From contig NC_087438.1 in NCBI RefSeq assembly GCF_036321535.1, positions 1,180,001 to 1,244,000 on the forward strand: a stretch of 64,000 nucleotides of DNA. The letters run 5' to 3'. Below are positions 49,245 through 62,599 of the stretch, piece by piece. Source of the DNA: Camelus dromedarius. Taxonomy: Eukaryota. The position numbers and the translations under genes are program-made. The notes beneath the pieces are model-generated. The model searched no databases. It had not been told where the DNA came from and saw nothing but the letters and a program-made list of their open reading frames with translations. The number at the start of each line of letters is the position of its first letter. Position 1 is the first letter of the stretch.

Positions 49245-50480
49245 GGCAATGAACCCTGATAACAGCTCGATCGCCACGGCCCGCCCGCCAGTTGGCCCGG
49301 GCGCCCTCCAAATTAGCCACGAAGAAGCCAGGCTGTCAATATTAATTCCACCGCCGAGATTGCTCGTTATGGGAGAACAAAGGTGTTCTGGCTTGGGCAG
49401 AACGACTTAACTGCTGTCTCATAAAATTTAAGCTGCTATTGATCGCCTGCTCCTATTGTGTGAAGGATTAAACACGCGCGCCCGCGCGCGCGCCGGGGAG
49501 GTGGCACCGGCCGCCGCCCCGTCACTCACTGCTCAGCCCCTCCTCCCCGCCTGCCCGCATCATTCAACAACATGAAGCAAATTAAATCAATGAATTCATC
49601 CTAGCAGATGGCCACTTTAACACTCAGTTAGCCTTTAGATAATTGAGCGTTGACTCCGGAATCATGAAATGGATGGCTCGTTTGTACATTTTACTGAAAT
49701 AGATCGCCGAGGTTAAGTAAATGAAATCCCATTTGTCAGGCGGTAATAAATGGTCTCCCTTTCTGCAAACAGCTCTGTTTGGCCTAATAAATACAGAGAC
49801 GTTACAGAGCCCCTCCCTTCCCAGGGTTACAGCTTAATGAAATGGTCTTCCCTCGGCCTGTTTCGCCTCCTCCTGCACCGTGTGATAAGTAGCGAACCAA
49901 CGAAGCTTGTAATTACAATCTTACAGAAACCCGGCCAATCTGTATATAAATCTCACCCTCCAATTACAAGATGTAATAATTTTGCAGTCAAGCTGGTAAT
50001 GAGGTCTAATACCCGTGCCTGCGATAATGCCCCCTGGATGCTGACTCCATCGGATGTTAGCTTTGTAATTATACTGGCAGAAAATCATTATTTCATGTTC
50101 AGCAGAAAAATGAGGTTGGTGGGAAGTTAATTTTCTCTATGCTCTGTGAAGCATAGACAAAATTTTAATGATTTAATCATTATGGTTATCCCTCTTACAA
50201 TTGACCTGCGTTACTTGTGTAGAAACACTGGCACGTTTAAAAGTCCCTGTAACTCGATAAAGCTTGCCAGGTATGCAGCTTTTAATGTAAGAATAACTGT
50301 ACACAATTAAACTATTACCCTGCCCATTGGGAAAACTCATTTTATTTTTAGTTTTCATTATTGGGGTGGGGGTGATTCATGGAGATGTGTATGTCTTGCC
50401 CATGCTGTAATAAACGGCTAATTAAAAAAAATTGAATTATGTTTCCTGGTGATGTCAGCCCAGAAAATGTCATCACAGAG
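49245..50480. promoter_or_regulatory. Cluster of candidate highly conserved non-coding elements (developmental enhancer), core ~49860-50190
   Basis: Repeat-free and AT-rich within GC-rich flanks, with dense TAAT/TAATTA, TGATTTAAT, TGTCAG and ACAAAG/TATTGT motifs. The core aagcttgtaattacaatcttacagaaac...ccaattacaagatgtaataattttgcagtcaagctggtaatgaggtctaat resembles a vertebrate ultraconserved-type element I recall but cannot verify. Confidence 0.7.
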
Positions 50481-51889
50481 AGCAATGGCGGCAGGTGACT
50501 TTCATGCGGGGCCTGAGGAGTTATGGCCCCCGGGTCTCCTGCAAGAAATAAGGACAGAAATGGGGGAGTTGCCCGCCCCCGTTCTGAGGGTGTGATTTCT
50601 CCAATGTAAGATTTAGTATTTATAAATTTGGCGCATGCACACCCCCCACGGCACACGCAACAGTTTCAAGCCAGTTACAGGCCAAGAAAGACAACGTTAA
50701 CACTGTGCTCCCTAGGAAGTGGGGTTTAGTGACGGACTTTGGGAAGCAGAGTGCGTGCCTCTTGATGCAAGGTTCGGTGGTAAAATCAGCTTTGTCCTGA
50801 AACTCCTAAAGCTATCAGAAGGGTGCATCCGCCTGCCTGTGGACCACCGGCAGCAGCTCGAGCCCCCTCCCTGTGTCCTCAGCTGCTTGCTCTGAGGGGG
50901 CGGGCTTGTCAGCGACACTCCCACACACACGGGGACTGACTGTTCCAGCAACTACGCGGGGCTGTTTGGGGAACAATCATGTGTTTGGTCTACACTTACC
51001 TTGTTTCCTGTCTGTGCTTTTCTGCGAAAATCAAATCTCCCAAGTCAGACCTGGGCTACTCGTAGCCTCTGAGGCCTGTGCCGGCCTGGGGTGGACTCTG
51101 GGAGACCGGCTGGCTCGCCATGTCCGGGCCCAGCCCTGAAGGGTGTGCACGCAGCTGCACGGAGCCGGGGAATCTCGGGAAGTAAACCGAGGGCACATTA
51201 AGGGAAGAAAATTCCCGGCTGGTAAATCAGCCTTTTGCCAAACCTCATTTACATGGAGGTACCGGCTGATAAAATTTCACACACGTTGAAATGGTAGTTC
51301 CCACAGACACCAGGACGAGCTAAACAAAGCCAGATGTGAGTCTGTAAGTAACTCCTGGAACTGGGTTTCTCTCCTCCCAAAATCCGGTCGAGATAATTGA
51401 AGGAGTGGCCTTTCAGGATGGAAGCCGAAGTGGTGGTTTCAAATGAACGTTTGCGCTGCCCTGCATCAGCACGGCTGAGCATCCTGCCACACGCGGAAGG
51501 GCGTCTGTCCCAGGACAGGGTTCACAACCACGTGTAGATCAGGCCACGGCGGTGGTCGCTCACCCCAATTCCTGCCCCGCTGGCTTTCCCCCAGGAACAG
51601 CGAGAGGGAACCTGCAGTGTCTGCGAGGCTGGATGTGCTTGTGTTGGGGGCTCTCAGGGCTGACCAAGCAGTTCTTCCCGTCGCCCTTCGGTGTTGACTC
51701 CTGCTGCTCCGACTTTCCTTCCCCAGAAAGGAGAGATTTGAATATCCTACAGAAAGAGCGGGACAGGACTGGGCAGAGCTCCAGCATCCTGTCAGCCCCC
51801 ACAGGGGGCCCGCAGCTGCAGACCGCCGAGCGGACTCCCCCCCTCTTCCGGGGACTCTGCTGCCCCGGGGTGTGGACCTTCCGCCCCAA

Positions 51890-52362
51890 CGTCACATCGT
51901 CCTGGGTGGGCCTGTGAGCGTGTTTCTGGGTGTGAGTAGCATTTGAATGGCTGGGCGGAGTGAGAGCCTTGCCCTTCGCAGTGTGGGGCTCACCGACCCG
52001 CCGAGGGCCTGGGCAGAGCGAAGGCAGAGGAAACGAGAGGCCAGCGCTCCTGCCCGACGGCTGAGCGGGGACACGTCTTCTCCTGCTCTCAGACCCGGAT
52101 CTGAACTTTCCACTCTCCTGGTCTCAGGCCTGTGACTTGAACAGAGCTGACAGGCTTTCCTGGGGCTCCAGTTTTCAGGGGACAGAGCCTGGGGCTCCCT
52201 GCCTCCAGGTCCACACGAGCCGGCTCCTCAGTGTCTGCCATCTGTCTGTCCATCACCGGTCTGTGTGTCTACCTACCTGTCTATCCATCCATCCATCCAC
52301 CATCATCTGTCTGTTACCCACCCCCTGTGGCCCCTCTTCCTCTGGAGAGCCCCGTGTGATGC
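51890..52362 (+). mobile_element. MLT2 (ERVL) solo LTR
   Basis: ctgtgagcgtgtttctgggtgtgagtagcatttgaat...gagggcctgggcagagcgaaggcagagg...ctcctggtctcaggcc...(tcca)n...ctctggagagccc. Confidence 0.75.
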
Positions 52363-53856
52363 AGCACTCACAGGTCAATACATGCTTCTGTGAAGGGGCA
52401 AGATTTAAGCTGCAGCATATCTGAATTTTCTATAAAATGAAGAGCTTTCAAATAAAATGACAGACTTTTGTGGGCAAAGCACCCGAAGGGATTGGAGAGG
52501 CACCCCAGAGCCGTGTGTGGTGTGTCCGCCAAGGAAGCATCCTGCTTCTGGGTGGATGGCCGGAGGCCCGTCCCGTGAAGGCACTGAGACCCCCTCCGTG
52601 GCCTCACAGGAAGGCAGTTCAGTGGGTTTTGACACCAATATTCTACTTATATTTCTAATGTTGCTTTATTTTCTCTTGTTTTCTTTAAACTCTTTCAAGT
52701 CTTTTGGGGAGGCAATTACAATAGGTGTGTATATAAGTAAGAAGGAAATGTTAATGATCACCAGAACCGAGACGTGTGGGTGACGTGGGTGCTTGGGTCA
52801 GGTGCCCAGCACTGACAGTCGAGGTCCCAGCGGCACCCGCTGCCCCGTCCCCACTGTGTGCCCCTGAGCCTCAGCAAGGTGACATGTATGTCTGCCCCAG
52901 GGAGGCCTCGCCTGAGGTTAGTTACAAGGGGGAGTCGAGGAGCCAGTTGATCTGGCTTTGAGTTCTGACTCACCATTTTACTGGCAGATCGGAGACTACA
53001 CACGTGTTTTCTCCTCAACTGGACAATAAACAATTGTCCGTGATTGCGGAGCCCTCGTGAGGGTTAAGTGCAGAGCTGGCCGTGAGCACAATGCTTGGGG
53101 AGCAGCAAGTCCTTACAAAATGTTAGGCATTATTGAATCTGAATTCAGGGTCAACCCCGTGAATTATATAACAGAAGTTCCACTGGTGGGAGGGAGTGTT
53201 CCAGAAGCTGGCTGTTCGCCAGCCGTGCTTTGTGGGGCTGGAGGGGGTGCGGGGCCGTGTGAGTGGTGAGGGCGAGGCCCTCCATCCCCCTGGAGCACAA
53301 GAGGGGTGGGCCCTCCGCTCTCCACCAGTCAGGCCCCCGATCTGTCTACAGGCACATTCTAGAGATAGCGTCATCTCCTTTATTACAAAAAAGTCCCTAT
53401 GTCCTTGTTTCTCTACAGAGGACGTGGGTTGGCAGGAACAATTCCATTGGCTTCATCAGAGTTTTTCCCATTTATTACAAGAAAGCCTAGATTTTCCTAA
53501 TATTGGAAAAATAAAGACATGTTTATAGTCTTTTCCCTGACACTGCAGCAATCTTTGATTTAGCTTCCCTTCCAGGCACACTCTGGTGTGTGACCCCGCG
53601 GAGGAGTCAGGACCACATCCAGCTCCTTCTGGGCAGCGGGTGGCAGGACACATTCCGACACCCACCAGGACCCGTCATAGCTTTTGGTTGGTCAACTTGC
53701 AGCAGGAAGATGTTGCAGCAGGAAGAAGCTACAGGCCCCAGCAAGCCCAGGGAACTGTGAAAGACTCTCCAGGAGAACAGGTCCCAGGAATTTAGCCCCA
53801 AACTAGATTTTCCTGGGAGACGCTCTCAGCTCTATAGTTGTATGAGGGTGGTTTTA

Positions 53857-54710
53857 TGCTCAGTATCACTAATTATCAGAGAAATGTAAATCAAAACTAC
53901 AATGAGGTGTCACCTCACACCAGTCAGAACGGCCATCATTAAAAAGTCTGCAAATAATAAATGCTGGACAGAGTGTGGAGAAAAAGGAACCCTCCTGCAC
54001 TGCTGGTGGGAATGTAAGTTGGTGCAGCCATTATGGAGGACAGTATGGAGGTTCCTTAAAAAACTAAAAGTAGACTTACTATATGAATAAGCAATCCCAC
54101 TCCTGGGAATATATCCTGAAAAAACTATAATTTGAAAAGTCACATGCACCCCAATATTCATAGAAGCACTGTTTACAGTAGCCAAGACAAGGAGACAACT
54201 TAGATGTCCATCAACAGATGACTGGATAAAGACAACATGGTGTATTTATACAACAGAATATGAATCAACCATAAAAAAGAATTAAATAATGCCATTTGCA
54301 GCAACATGGATGGACGTAGAGATGATCATATTAAGTGAAGTCAGACAAAGACAAATATCATATGATATCACTTACATGTGGAATCTAAAAAAAGGTGCAA
54401 ATTTTATTTACAAACCAGAAATAGACTCATGGACATGAAAAACAAACTGTGGCTACCAGAGGGGAAGAGGTGGAAGGGATAGATTGGGAGTTTGGGGTTA
54501 GTAGATACACACTACTGTGTATAAAATAGATAAACAACAGAGACCTACTGTGTAGCCCAAGGAACTATATTCAGTTTCTTGCAAGGAACTGTAATGGAAA
54601 AGAATCTGAAAAAGCCATACATGTATATGTATAATGAATCACCTTGTCGTATACATGACACTAACATTGCAAATCAACTACACTTCGATAAAAATAAGAA
54701 TAAAAAAATA
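53857..54710 (+). mobile_element. 5'-truncated, relatively young L1 (ORF2 C-terminus, 3' UTR, poly(A)) of cetartiodactyl type
   Basis: ORF 53902-54090 ([45 protein letters not shown]) is the ORF2p C-terminal zinc knuckle. The 3' UTR includes tataaaatagataaacaacag...ggaactatattca...aatggaaaagaatctgaaaaa and ends in an A-rich tail. Confidence 0.95.
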
Positions 54711-54925
54711 CAGATTTTGGAGTAGGAAAGACAAGGGTCCTTCTCTTCCACGTGCTGGTCTGTGACTCAAGGAAAGTTCCTTACACTCCTTGAGACTCAG
54801 CACACTTATTTCAAAAATACAGAGTGAACAACCACCTCCTGTGGCCTCTGTGACGAGGAAACTATCAACTCAGGTGAAGCCGTCACCAGAGCACTTGTCC
54901 CCCTGCCGTGATCTGTGAAGACGGG
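54706..54925 (+). mobile_element. MIR SINE, apparently split by the L1 insertion (short head at ~53845-53856)
   Basis: cagattttggagtagg...ctgtgactcaaggaaagttccttacactccttgagactcag...aaaatacagagtgaacaaccacctcctg follows the MIR layout. Confidence 0.55.
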
Positions 54926-57099
54926 GGCTTGAGTATAAACCGGGGCTCCATGCTCCTCCCAAGGGCCCACTTGACTAGGATGCGTCCTCGGACACACACA
55001 CGCACACTTACACACTCACATGCGCACTCCAGAGCACACGTAAACACAACACAGGTCTTGAACAGAAACAGAACATTGTTGAAATTCTCTCAAGTAGTGG
55101 CAGAGGCCGAAGTTCTATCCCATGAGACTCAACAAAACATATTTCCACGCCCTTCTCTGCTCTGGGTCCCAGGCTCCCAGCTGCCTCCCTCTGGAAGCTT
55201 TCTCTGATTCATTCTCCAACAGGGGCAACCCTACACTGTCCTGTGCAGAACAACCTTCTACCTTCCTCTGACCTCTCCCGCGTAGAGTTCTATCCACCCA
55301 TCCAAGAAGGAAAATGAGAAAAATCTGCAAGCCCCTCGCTAGGAGGTGAGGGGAGAGGGAACTCTAAAAGCTTTTCATATTTCCATGCCTGACTCTGTGA
55401 CTATCATGATAAAACACAAATGTTCTTTCAGAATACTGATAACCCATGCCAATTTCTGAAATATTTTCCCTATAATTTCATGGGAGAAAATTCTGTGGCT
55501 TGTCAACGCCACGTCATAAATCTCCATCCATATGTTTCTGGTTGCTTCTCTGTTTGCTTCTTTGTTGGTTTTCCACTGAAGTGGGCGAGCCCAGGACAGA
55601 GGACCCAGCCCATGCCCCGGGGGCTCAGGATTCCCAGATGTACACAGAAGACTTTCCTCGTTCCTGACTGAAAGATAAAAGCCTACTGCATGCGGTGGCA
55701 AATGTTCATTTAAATGACCGAAAATCTCATTAAGTAAGAGGCTCATCCCCTTTAGAATCTGATGATTCTCTCATTTGTTTGTGTGACCTTTTATTTTCGA
55801 ATGCTGAGACATGGTAAGGTCCCCCAGGGACAGGCTACTGTTTTTCTACATCTCCTGGTTCTTTAGAAAAAATCGCAAATGGTTAAAGCTCTGCATCTGG
55901 GTTGTACTTTCCATTCCCGATAATCGCCAAAGTATGTGCTATCAAATATTTCCAGCAGAGTCATGCATAAAGCATATGACTCAAGGAGCACGAGCTGTCC
56001 ATTTGTGCTGCTCCGGACGCAGTTTGGCCCGTTAAGGAATTAGGAATGAGATTTCAGGAGAAGCCAAAGGCACACTTGTTTATGATAAATATTTCAAGGA
56101 TCAGTCATAAAACGCGGCCCACCCGGTCTGCGCCTGGGGTGACCGGATTCCCGCCTTCTCCCCGCCTCTGCCCCAGGTGCCGGCACCCAGGTTCACAGGG
56201 AACTGCAACGCGTTTTCTTGCCTGCAAATCTCTGCAGTGAATAGGGGGGAACCCTTCTGTGACACTGGAATTTAGGGTGAGGGGATTGGAAAGGAACACG
56301 GCTCTTGCAGCCCAGAGCTCATTATTTGGGGAGCTGGAAACAGCCCAGACACCTCCCGGCAAGTCTGCGAGACGGGCCATGCCTGGGTGCCCCAGGACGT
56401 CTCAGCACGTGGCCACGCCATGCCACCCCTCCACACAGTTGGGTCTTTCTTTCAGCGCCCCGCCCTAGAGATACACGGTATGAAGCTGGATTTTACGCAT
56501 TGAGTTTACTTAACTTCTATAAGATTCACTTCAAGATAAAACAGTTTCTTTTACACTTAGCGAAGTATGTATTGACATTCATTTGGAGTCCTGTTTTCAG
56601 CAGATTGCTTTATTCCCCCAGAGGAGAGCATTTGCATTTTGGATTAGAGGGAGATTTTGTCGTATTTGAAGTCCCTTTAATCATAATAGAACATGTTGGA
56701 ATGGTGTTGAACACGCTTATAAAAAATACATGTATTTGCATTGGCGAGAAGCCTTCTAGAAAACGCCAAGAGTTTCCAGGCACTTTTCAGATGCTCCAGA
56801 TAACACATGATCGTTTCGCTGTTTCCATAAGCAGCTGGATTGCCTTAACTCATTCTGTATCGAGAAACGCAGGCAGGATAAAGTTGTGCCATGTACTGCG
56901 GTTTCCTCTCATTTACTGGCTTGCCCTAAATGTTGCTGTTAGACGCTCACAGGATGATAGGCTGTTGAAGGAAACATAGATATCGTTTCTTCTACTTTGA
57001 GGAAAAGCAACTGTAAACTTTCCCAGAATAATGAATAAAAACACATCCTGCTTTTCAATACCATCACAAATTAAGAGATAAAACCTTGGAATTGTAAAT

Positions 57100-57960
57100 T
57101 TGCTAGTGACAAGTTCTTCCCGTTTTCTGTCTTCTGAGAGTGTCTTCATTTCCCCGTCACTCCTGAAGCGCAGCTTCGCTGGTTAGAGACGTCACAGCTC
57201 GACTGTTCTTTACGCACAGCCGCTGAGTGCCGTGCCACTTCCTTCCGGCCGCCGCGGCTCAGGGTGCAGAGTCTGCCGTCACTCACGCGCATGCTCCTGG
57301 CGGTCCACGTTCAGAAGTTTAATTGTATGTTTGCCTGCTTTTGTTTCTGATTTATCCAGTTTGGAGTTTGCATGTCGTGTTGTTTGTGTACGGTCGTGTC
57401 TTTCACCAAATTTAGGGCATTTCCGGCTGTGATTTCTTCAAACGCTGCTTTAGCCTCACGCGTCCTCCCCGGAGAGGAGATCCCCGTGACAGGGCTGTGG
57501 GACCCTTGGTTACCATCGTGCTGGTCCGTGAGGCTCTCCTCTTCCCCCGTCTACCTCCTTCCCATTGTTCAGGTCAGGTAAACGCCCCTGATCTTCCTCA
57601 GGTTTGCTGACTACGTCCCCATCGGTGCCACGCGCCTGCTGAGCCCGTCCAGGCAGGTCCCAGTGGTTAGATCTCTCAGGTCTACAATTTCCACTTGGCT
57701 GTTCTTATAACTTCTGTTTCTTTGCTGTGATTTTCTTTCACTTGTTCTAAGGCCATTTGCAGTTGGCTGTCGAAGAACCTTCACGGCAGCTGCTTGGAGA
57801 CCCGTGGCGGGTAACTCCAGCACCGAGCCGCTCTGGCTGCCGCCAGCCGTTGTCTCTTCCCATTCCAGCCGGCTGTTTTGTTTCTCGGTGTCTTGGTGGT
57901 TTTCTACCGGACATTCTGTCTGCTTTGTTAGGAGAGACTGAACGCTACCAAACGTTCTGT
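57100..57960 (-). mobile_element. Old L1 ORF1-region fragment
   Basis: gtgtcttcatttccccgtcactcctgaag...tctttcaccaaatttagggcatttccggctgtgatttcttcaaa...ctacaatttccacttggctgttcttataacttctgtttct. Confidence 0.7.
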
Positions 57961-59002
57961 TTCAACGAGCAGCCACGCTGTGTGGGCTGTGGTTCCAGTG
58001 GTGGTTTATTTTTGTGGCCTCTGTCTTGCTGTTCGGTCAGCTGGGTGTAAGCGGCACTGCATGCTCGCAGCGGCCCCTGCGGGCACTGGCCGAGAGGGCA
58101 GTCCGGGGTCCTGCCAGGGCCCCCGGTGTCTCCCGTTGGTTAGAGCATCCTCGGGCCCAGGAGGGAGGAGCCCTCCCTGGATGGCACTTGTCACGAGGGA
58201 TGTCCATGAGTGTCTCTGGCTGCCTCAGTGTCTCTGAACAGGGGAGGGGGCTCCAGCCCCAGCTCAGCGTGGAGGATGGTGAAGCAGACGAGTCTCTCTA
58301 GTGGAGGGTGAACAGGGGCCAGGCCCACAGCAAGAACCACGGCGGGGCAGGAACTTCAGCAGACACGCTGGGGGGGCCGGGCTGGCGGCCGGGGTGTTTC
58401 CACTGGTACTGGGATGTCCCAGTGCCGGGAGGGCGGCAGGGCAGCAGGTGCCAGGGGGGCGGGAGGACGAGCTGGCTCTGCACCCCCCCTCTCCTGTCCT
58501 GTGTGGGGCTTCTTCACTGAAGGACTGTTTGTGCCGGCGGGTGGCGTTTTAATGCACCTGCGTTTTTCCTTTAGCACAGATTCCATGAGAAACTGAAGTC
58601 AAACTAAATCCCATTGTGATATTTCCTCACCTTTTAAATTAGTAGGAAGCCCACAGGCTGAGGGCATGTTTGACAGGTAGCTTTATTCATCTTTGGGCAG
58701 AAAGTAGGCAAAACGCCTGAAGGGACAGCCAGGGCCAACGCTGTCTTCACCAGTGAGGCGGCTCAGAGCTGGGACCCTGTCCTCGTCCCCCCTGCTCACG
58801 GGGGGAGCAGACGTCGCGCCACAGGCTCCAGAAGTTAGTCTGACTCCCCAGCAGCACTGTGGGCCCCCAGTTTGTGGAAGAGACCCCAGAGATGGGAAAA
58901 GAGGTGGCCGTGGCCGCAGGGACCCCACAGAGTTCTTCAAGTCGGGGGAACGCCATCCAGTTTTCAGGGAAAGTTTAAGATTCAGATCAATTCTGCATTA
59001 AA

Positions 59003-59550
59003 AAATTGACTCCATTTTTAAAAACAGTTTTGGATTTTACAGAAAACCTTAGCAGAAAGTACAGAAAGTTCTCAGGTGCCCTCGTCCCCGCTCTGACTTC
59101 CCCCGTGGGTGACGCCTTGCTGCGGTGCAGGGAGGCTGCGACAGCTACGAACCCATGTTAGTGCGTTATCACTCACCGAAGATCCCTGGGGTCGCCGCTG
59201 TCTGCTGTGCCTTCCACGGGCTTTGGCAAATGGGTGATATTGTGTCCGCCGCTGTACTGTCTCACAGAGCAGGGTCATGGCCCTAAAGGTCCCTTGCGCT
59301 CTCCATGCTCACCCCTCCTGCCCCCTGAACCCTGGCCACCTCTGGTCTCCTCATGTCTCCACAGTTTCGCCTTTTCCAGACTGTTGCACAGGGAGTGGTC
59401 CTTTCAGATCGGCTTACTTCCCTCAGTCATGTGCATTAAGATTCCTCCGTGTCTTGCTGTGGCTTGGAAGGTCATTTCTTTTTAGCTGAATAATATTCCA
59501 CTGCCTGGATGGACCACAGCTTATACGCCTGGTCCCCGACTGAGGGGTAT
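59003..59550 (-). mobile_element. L1MC1/2-like 3' end
   Basis: aacagttttggattttacagaaaaccttagcagaaagtacagaaagttc...gtctccacagtttcgccttttccaga...gctgaataatattccactgcctggatggaccacag. Confidence 0.8.
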
Positions 59551-60699
59551 GCATCCTGCCCCGTCGGTGTTTCTGGAGGAAGAGCATGCGATTAAGATAC
59601 ACTGTGTATTTTTGAGGGATGGAAAGTTTGGAGTCCCTGGGCTTTGGTTTCTATGAGCCTAAGTTTTCCAAGGTGCGACTGAACTGTGCAGAAGAGTCAG
59701 AAACTAAAAGGAGCAAATATTTATGAACAGCTTTTAGCTCTGCTGATCACTTACTTGAGTTGCGGGTTAGGTCAATGAGCAGGTCAAATGAATACTCACA
59801 TTTTCCGTTTTTGACAGATATGTGGTTTGACTCCTTAACGGCCACAATAAAGGTAAATATGACATTCAGTTGTAAACACCTGCCACGTGACACAAACACA
59901 GACACATGACAGGCTTGAACAGGGATTTGCCTGAGGGCACCCCTGCCTTCCCAGGTCTCACCCGACGGCCCCTGAAAGGATGGAGCCATCGCCCCCGTTA
60001 CAGCCGGTCTAGAGGCGGGTGGGGAGAATGGGGACCAAGACCCAGAAACACGGACGCTCAGGAGATGGACGTCATACAAGGTGCTGCTTTGTCCTTGACC
60101 TCTGTAGTTCTTACTTTTAAAAACTTTAAACTCTACCTTGTCTGACAGCACAGTCTGAGCCTTACCTTGAAATACATAGACTTAAACAACGTGGTCACTT
60201 GTTGGTACAAACGATGGTAACACAGCTTTTCCCCTTCCGTGCGCAACCACACAGGCGCGGCCGGCTCGGTCGCCTCTGATGCCAAGGGTGCCTTCGCCGC
60301 TCTGTTTCAGAGGCAGGATTTTTTCCAAGAACTTTGTTACCTAAAAAAACAATAATCCTTTGCACGAAGTGAGACCTCATGAACGGTGGACGTTACGTTC
60401 CTTCTGTGCCTCAACAGAAGAACGGAAACCCGCTGTGCAGCAGAGCGGGCCGGCTGCAGGGCGTGTGGGCGCGGCATCCAGGCAGCAGGGCCCGGCTCCC
60501 TCAGCCACCCTCAGACGGCACGCGTCAGGGCGGGTTGCAACGGGCACCGACGCCGTGCGACGCGTGTTTAGGGACACTTCCAGCCACACTTGGAAAGTTT
60601 GGCAGATGGTGTCTCTTCCCATTGAGGCTTTTTTTGTAATTTTTTTTCCTGGAACTCCAGCTCCAGGCCCGCCCCCTCCCCAACTGGCAGATACCTTTT

Positions 60700-60945
60700 G
60701 TGTTACTAGATCTCATCAGTGGCGTGTTAAAAAAGAGAGGCCCTTATGTGCGAGGCGTCGGGACAAGGGGAGCCACCATAGATCACCTGCTTAAGCAACT
60801 CGGACGCCCCCATTACAGTGCCCAGCCTGGCTTTTATCTGGCTGTGACATCATTTCAATCAAAATGTAAAATAATACAATCCAATCGTTGCAAGAGGGGG
60901 AGCGCGGACACAGCCGGCTGCACTTAGTCATTTAATAAAAGGAGG
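60700..60945. promoter_or_regulatory. Candidate conserved non-coding enhancer
   Basis: Unique block containing tgacatcatttcaatcaaaatgtaaaataatacaatccaatc...gtcatttaataaaa (MEIS/PBX/HOX-like motifs), between CpG-rich flanks. Confidence 0.4.
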
Positions 60946-62599
60946 CGAGGAAGGCGGTGGCCCTGCGACAGCGGCGAGGGTGGCGCCCTGGAGCGCGCTG
61001 CCCGCTGGAGCCGAGGGCGGGGCGCCCATCACTGCGTGGCGGTGGCGGGAGCTGCTGTGGGGGACACAGCCTCCCGTGCTCCTTCCCTTTGTTCGTTTAA
61101 TTAACCAAAGCGTGAAATCCCCCTATTGGCGCTTCCTCCTCCAAGCCTCCATCGCTTTGCCCCCTCCGAGCAGGGATTTTATTCATTTCCTTTGTCTCCT
61201 TTGAATTTTTTTTTAACGGTGATGTTTTTCAAAACTGTCAAATCATCATGAGAAGAAAAACAGAATTCCAGGGCAAGTGCACGGTCACAACTGCTCACTC
61301 TGCGGAAACAGTCATGGTCGCGTCTCCCCCTCGCAGCACTTTTGTACCGAAGTTTCCCCTTCAATTTCGAGACTTTGCAGTCCTGGGGGGAGGGACGGGG
61401 CACGTCCCCTGCTTTGTGTCAGGGTGATCAACACGGTAATAACCAGTGCTCCCACTGAGCCTGAGGGCGGAGGGAGAGGCGGAGGCCGCGCTGCAGCGGG
61501 AAGGACCCGCGCGCGCTCCCATGCCGCCCGTCCCCCGGGCCCTGGGCCTCCTGGACCCGGACCCTGAACTGCAAACAGCCTGTTTCAGGTTGTCAGTGAG
61601 TTGATGGTTTCCCCTTGAACTGTACTCAGTTCATAGCGATCAATCCTTTTTGAAAGGAAATAATCCATTTTCCGTCAATATTTTTGATCAGCTGCACACA
61701 AACGGGCTTAAATGAGCCCTAAAATCAGGTCATGTGACGGGACCGCTTGGTGGCATCTGTGTGCTCTTCCAGGAGGACTGCAGGGCTGTGGCACTGCGGC
61801 TCCGGGACGAGTGCATTTCGTTTCCCTGGCAGAAGAGAGACAGGTGCACTCCCGCCACCTCCCCGGCCTCAGGAAGTGCACAGCATGGGCAGAACGCTGG
61901 TGTCTCTGTCATGGAAGTTACGGAACAGCGAGCTCCGTTATGACCGGGAGTAGAACGAGGAGTCAGGAGACTGGGTGACCTGCACAAGAGGAAGTGAAGT
62001 GGGGCCTCCAACCGCGGCTCCAGGCTGGAGACAAGGCTCCCCACTGGGAGGGGCTGGGCTGCCCCACCAGCCTTGCTCCGGGAGGCACCACCCCTGGTCT
62101 CGGGTGACTCTCACCCGCCATGGGGAGGGGAGGAGACTTGGGAGGAGGCTGGCCTCCATGTGCACGGATGCTCTCTGGCTTTCTGCCCCACCCCTGCCTG
62201 TCGGGGAGGAGTGCTCCCTGACCCCCCACAGATCCAGGGCCTCCAAGGACAGCGTTCATGGGACTGGGGCTCTTATCGGGGGCTCGGACTGAGTGGTGGG
62301 GGGCTGGTCTTTGTGCTGCTGCCCAAGGGCCTGAGGAGGATGCTCTGAGACCATTCTTAGGACCCCCTGAAATGCCACGCGAGACTCTGTGGGTGGGTGG
62401 CCACAGAGACTCTGCCCGGGAGCTCCCGGAGGGCAGGTGGCTGGAAGCCATGGCAGCGGGTGAGGCCGAGGGCCCGGAAGCCTGGCTGGGGTGCTGAGTC
62501 TCCGTGGCAGTGGCGGTTGTGGAGGGGTGGGCTCGAGCCGTCCTGACCAGCAGCCCCTCCTGCCTGGTGGACACACTGAGGGGTGTTTGGGTTCCCAGC

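Noticed and set aside
53902..54090. ORF with a Cys/His motif
   Set aside because: It is the L1 ORF2p C-terminus of a truncated LINE, not a host gene.
56305..56979. 224-aa plus-strand ORF
   Set aside because: Non-ATG start, no recognisable domain or splice context, and it spans compositionally different segments. Likely chance.
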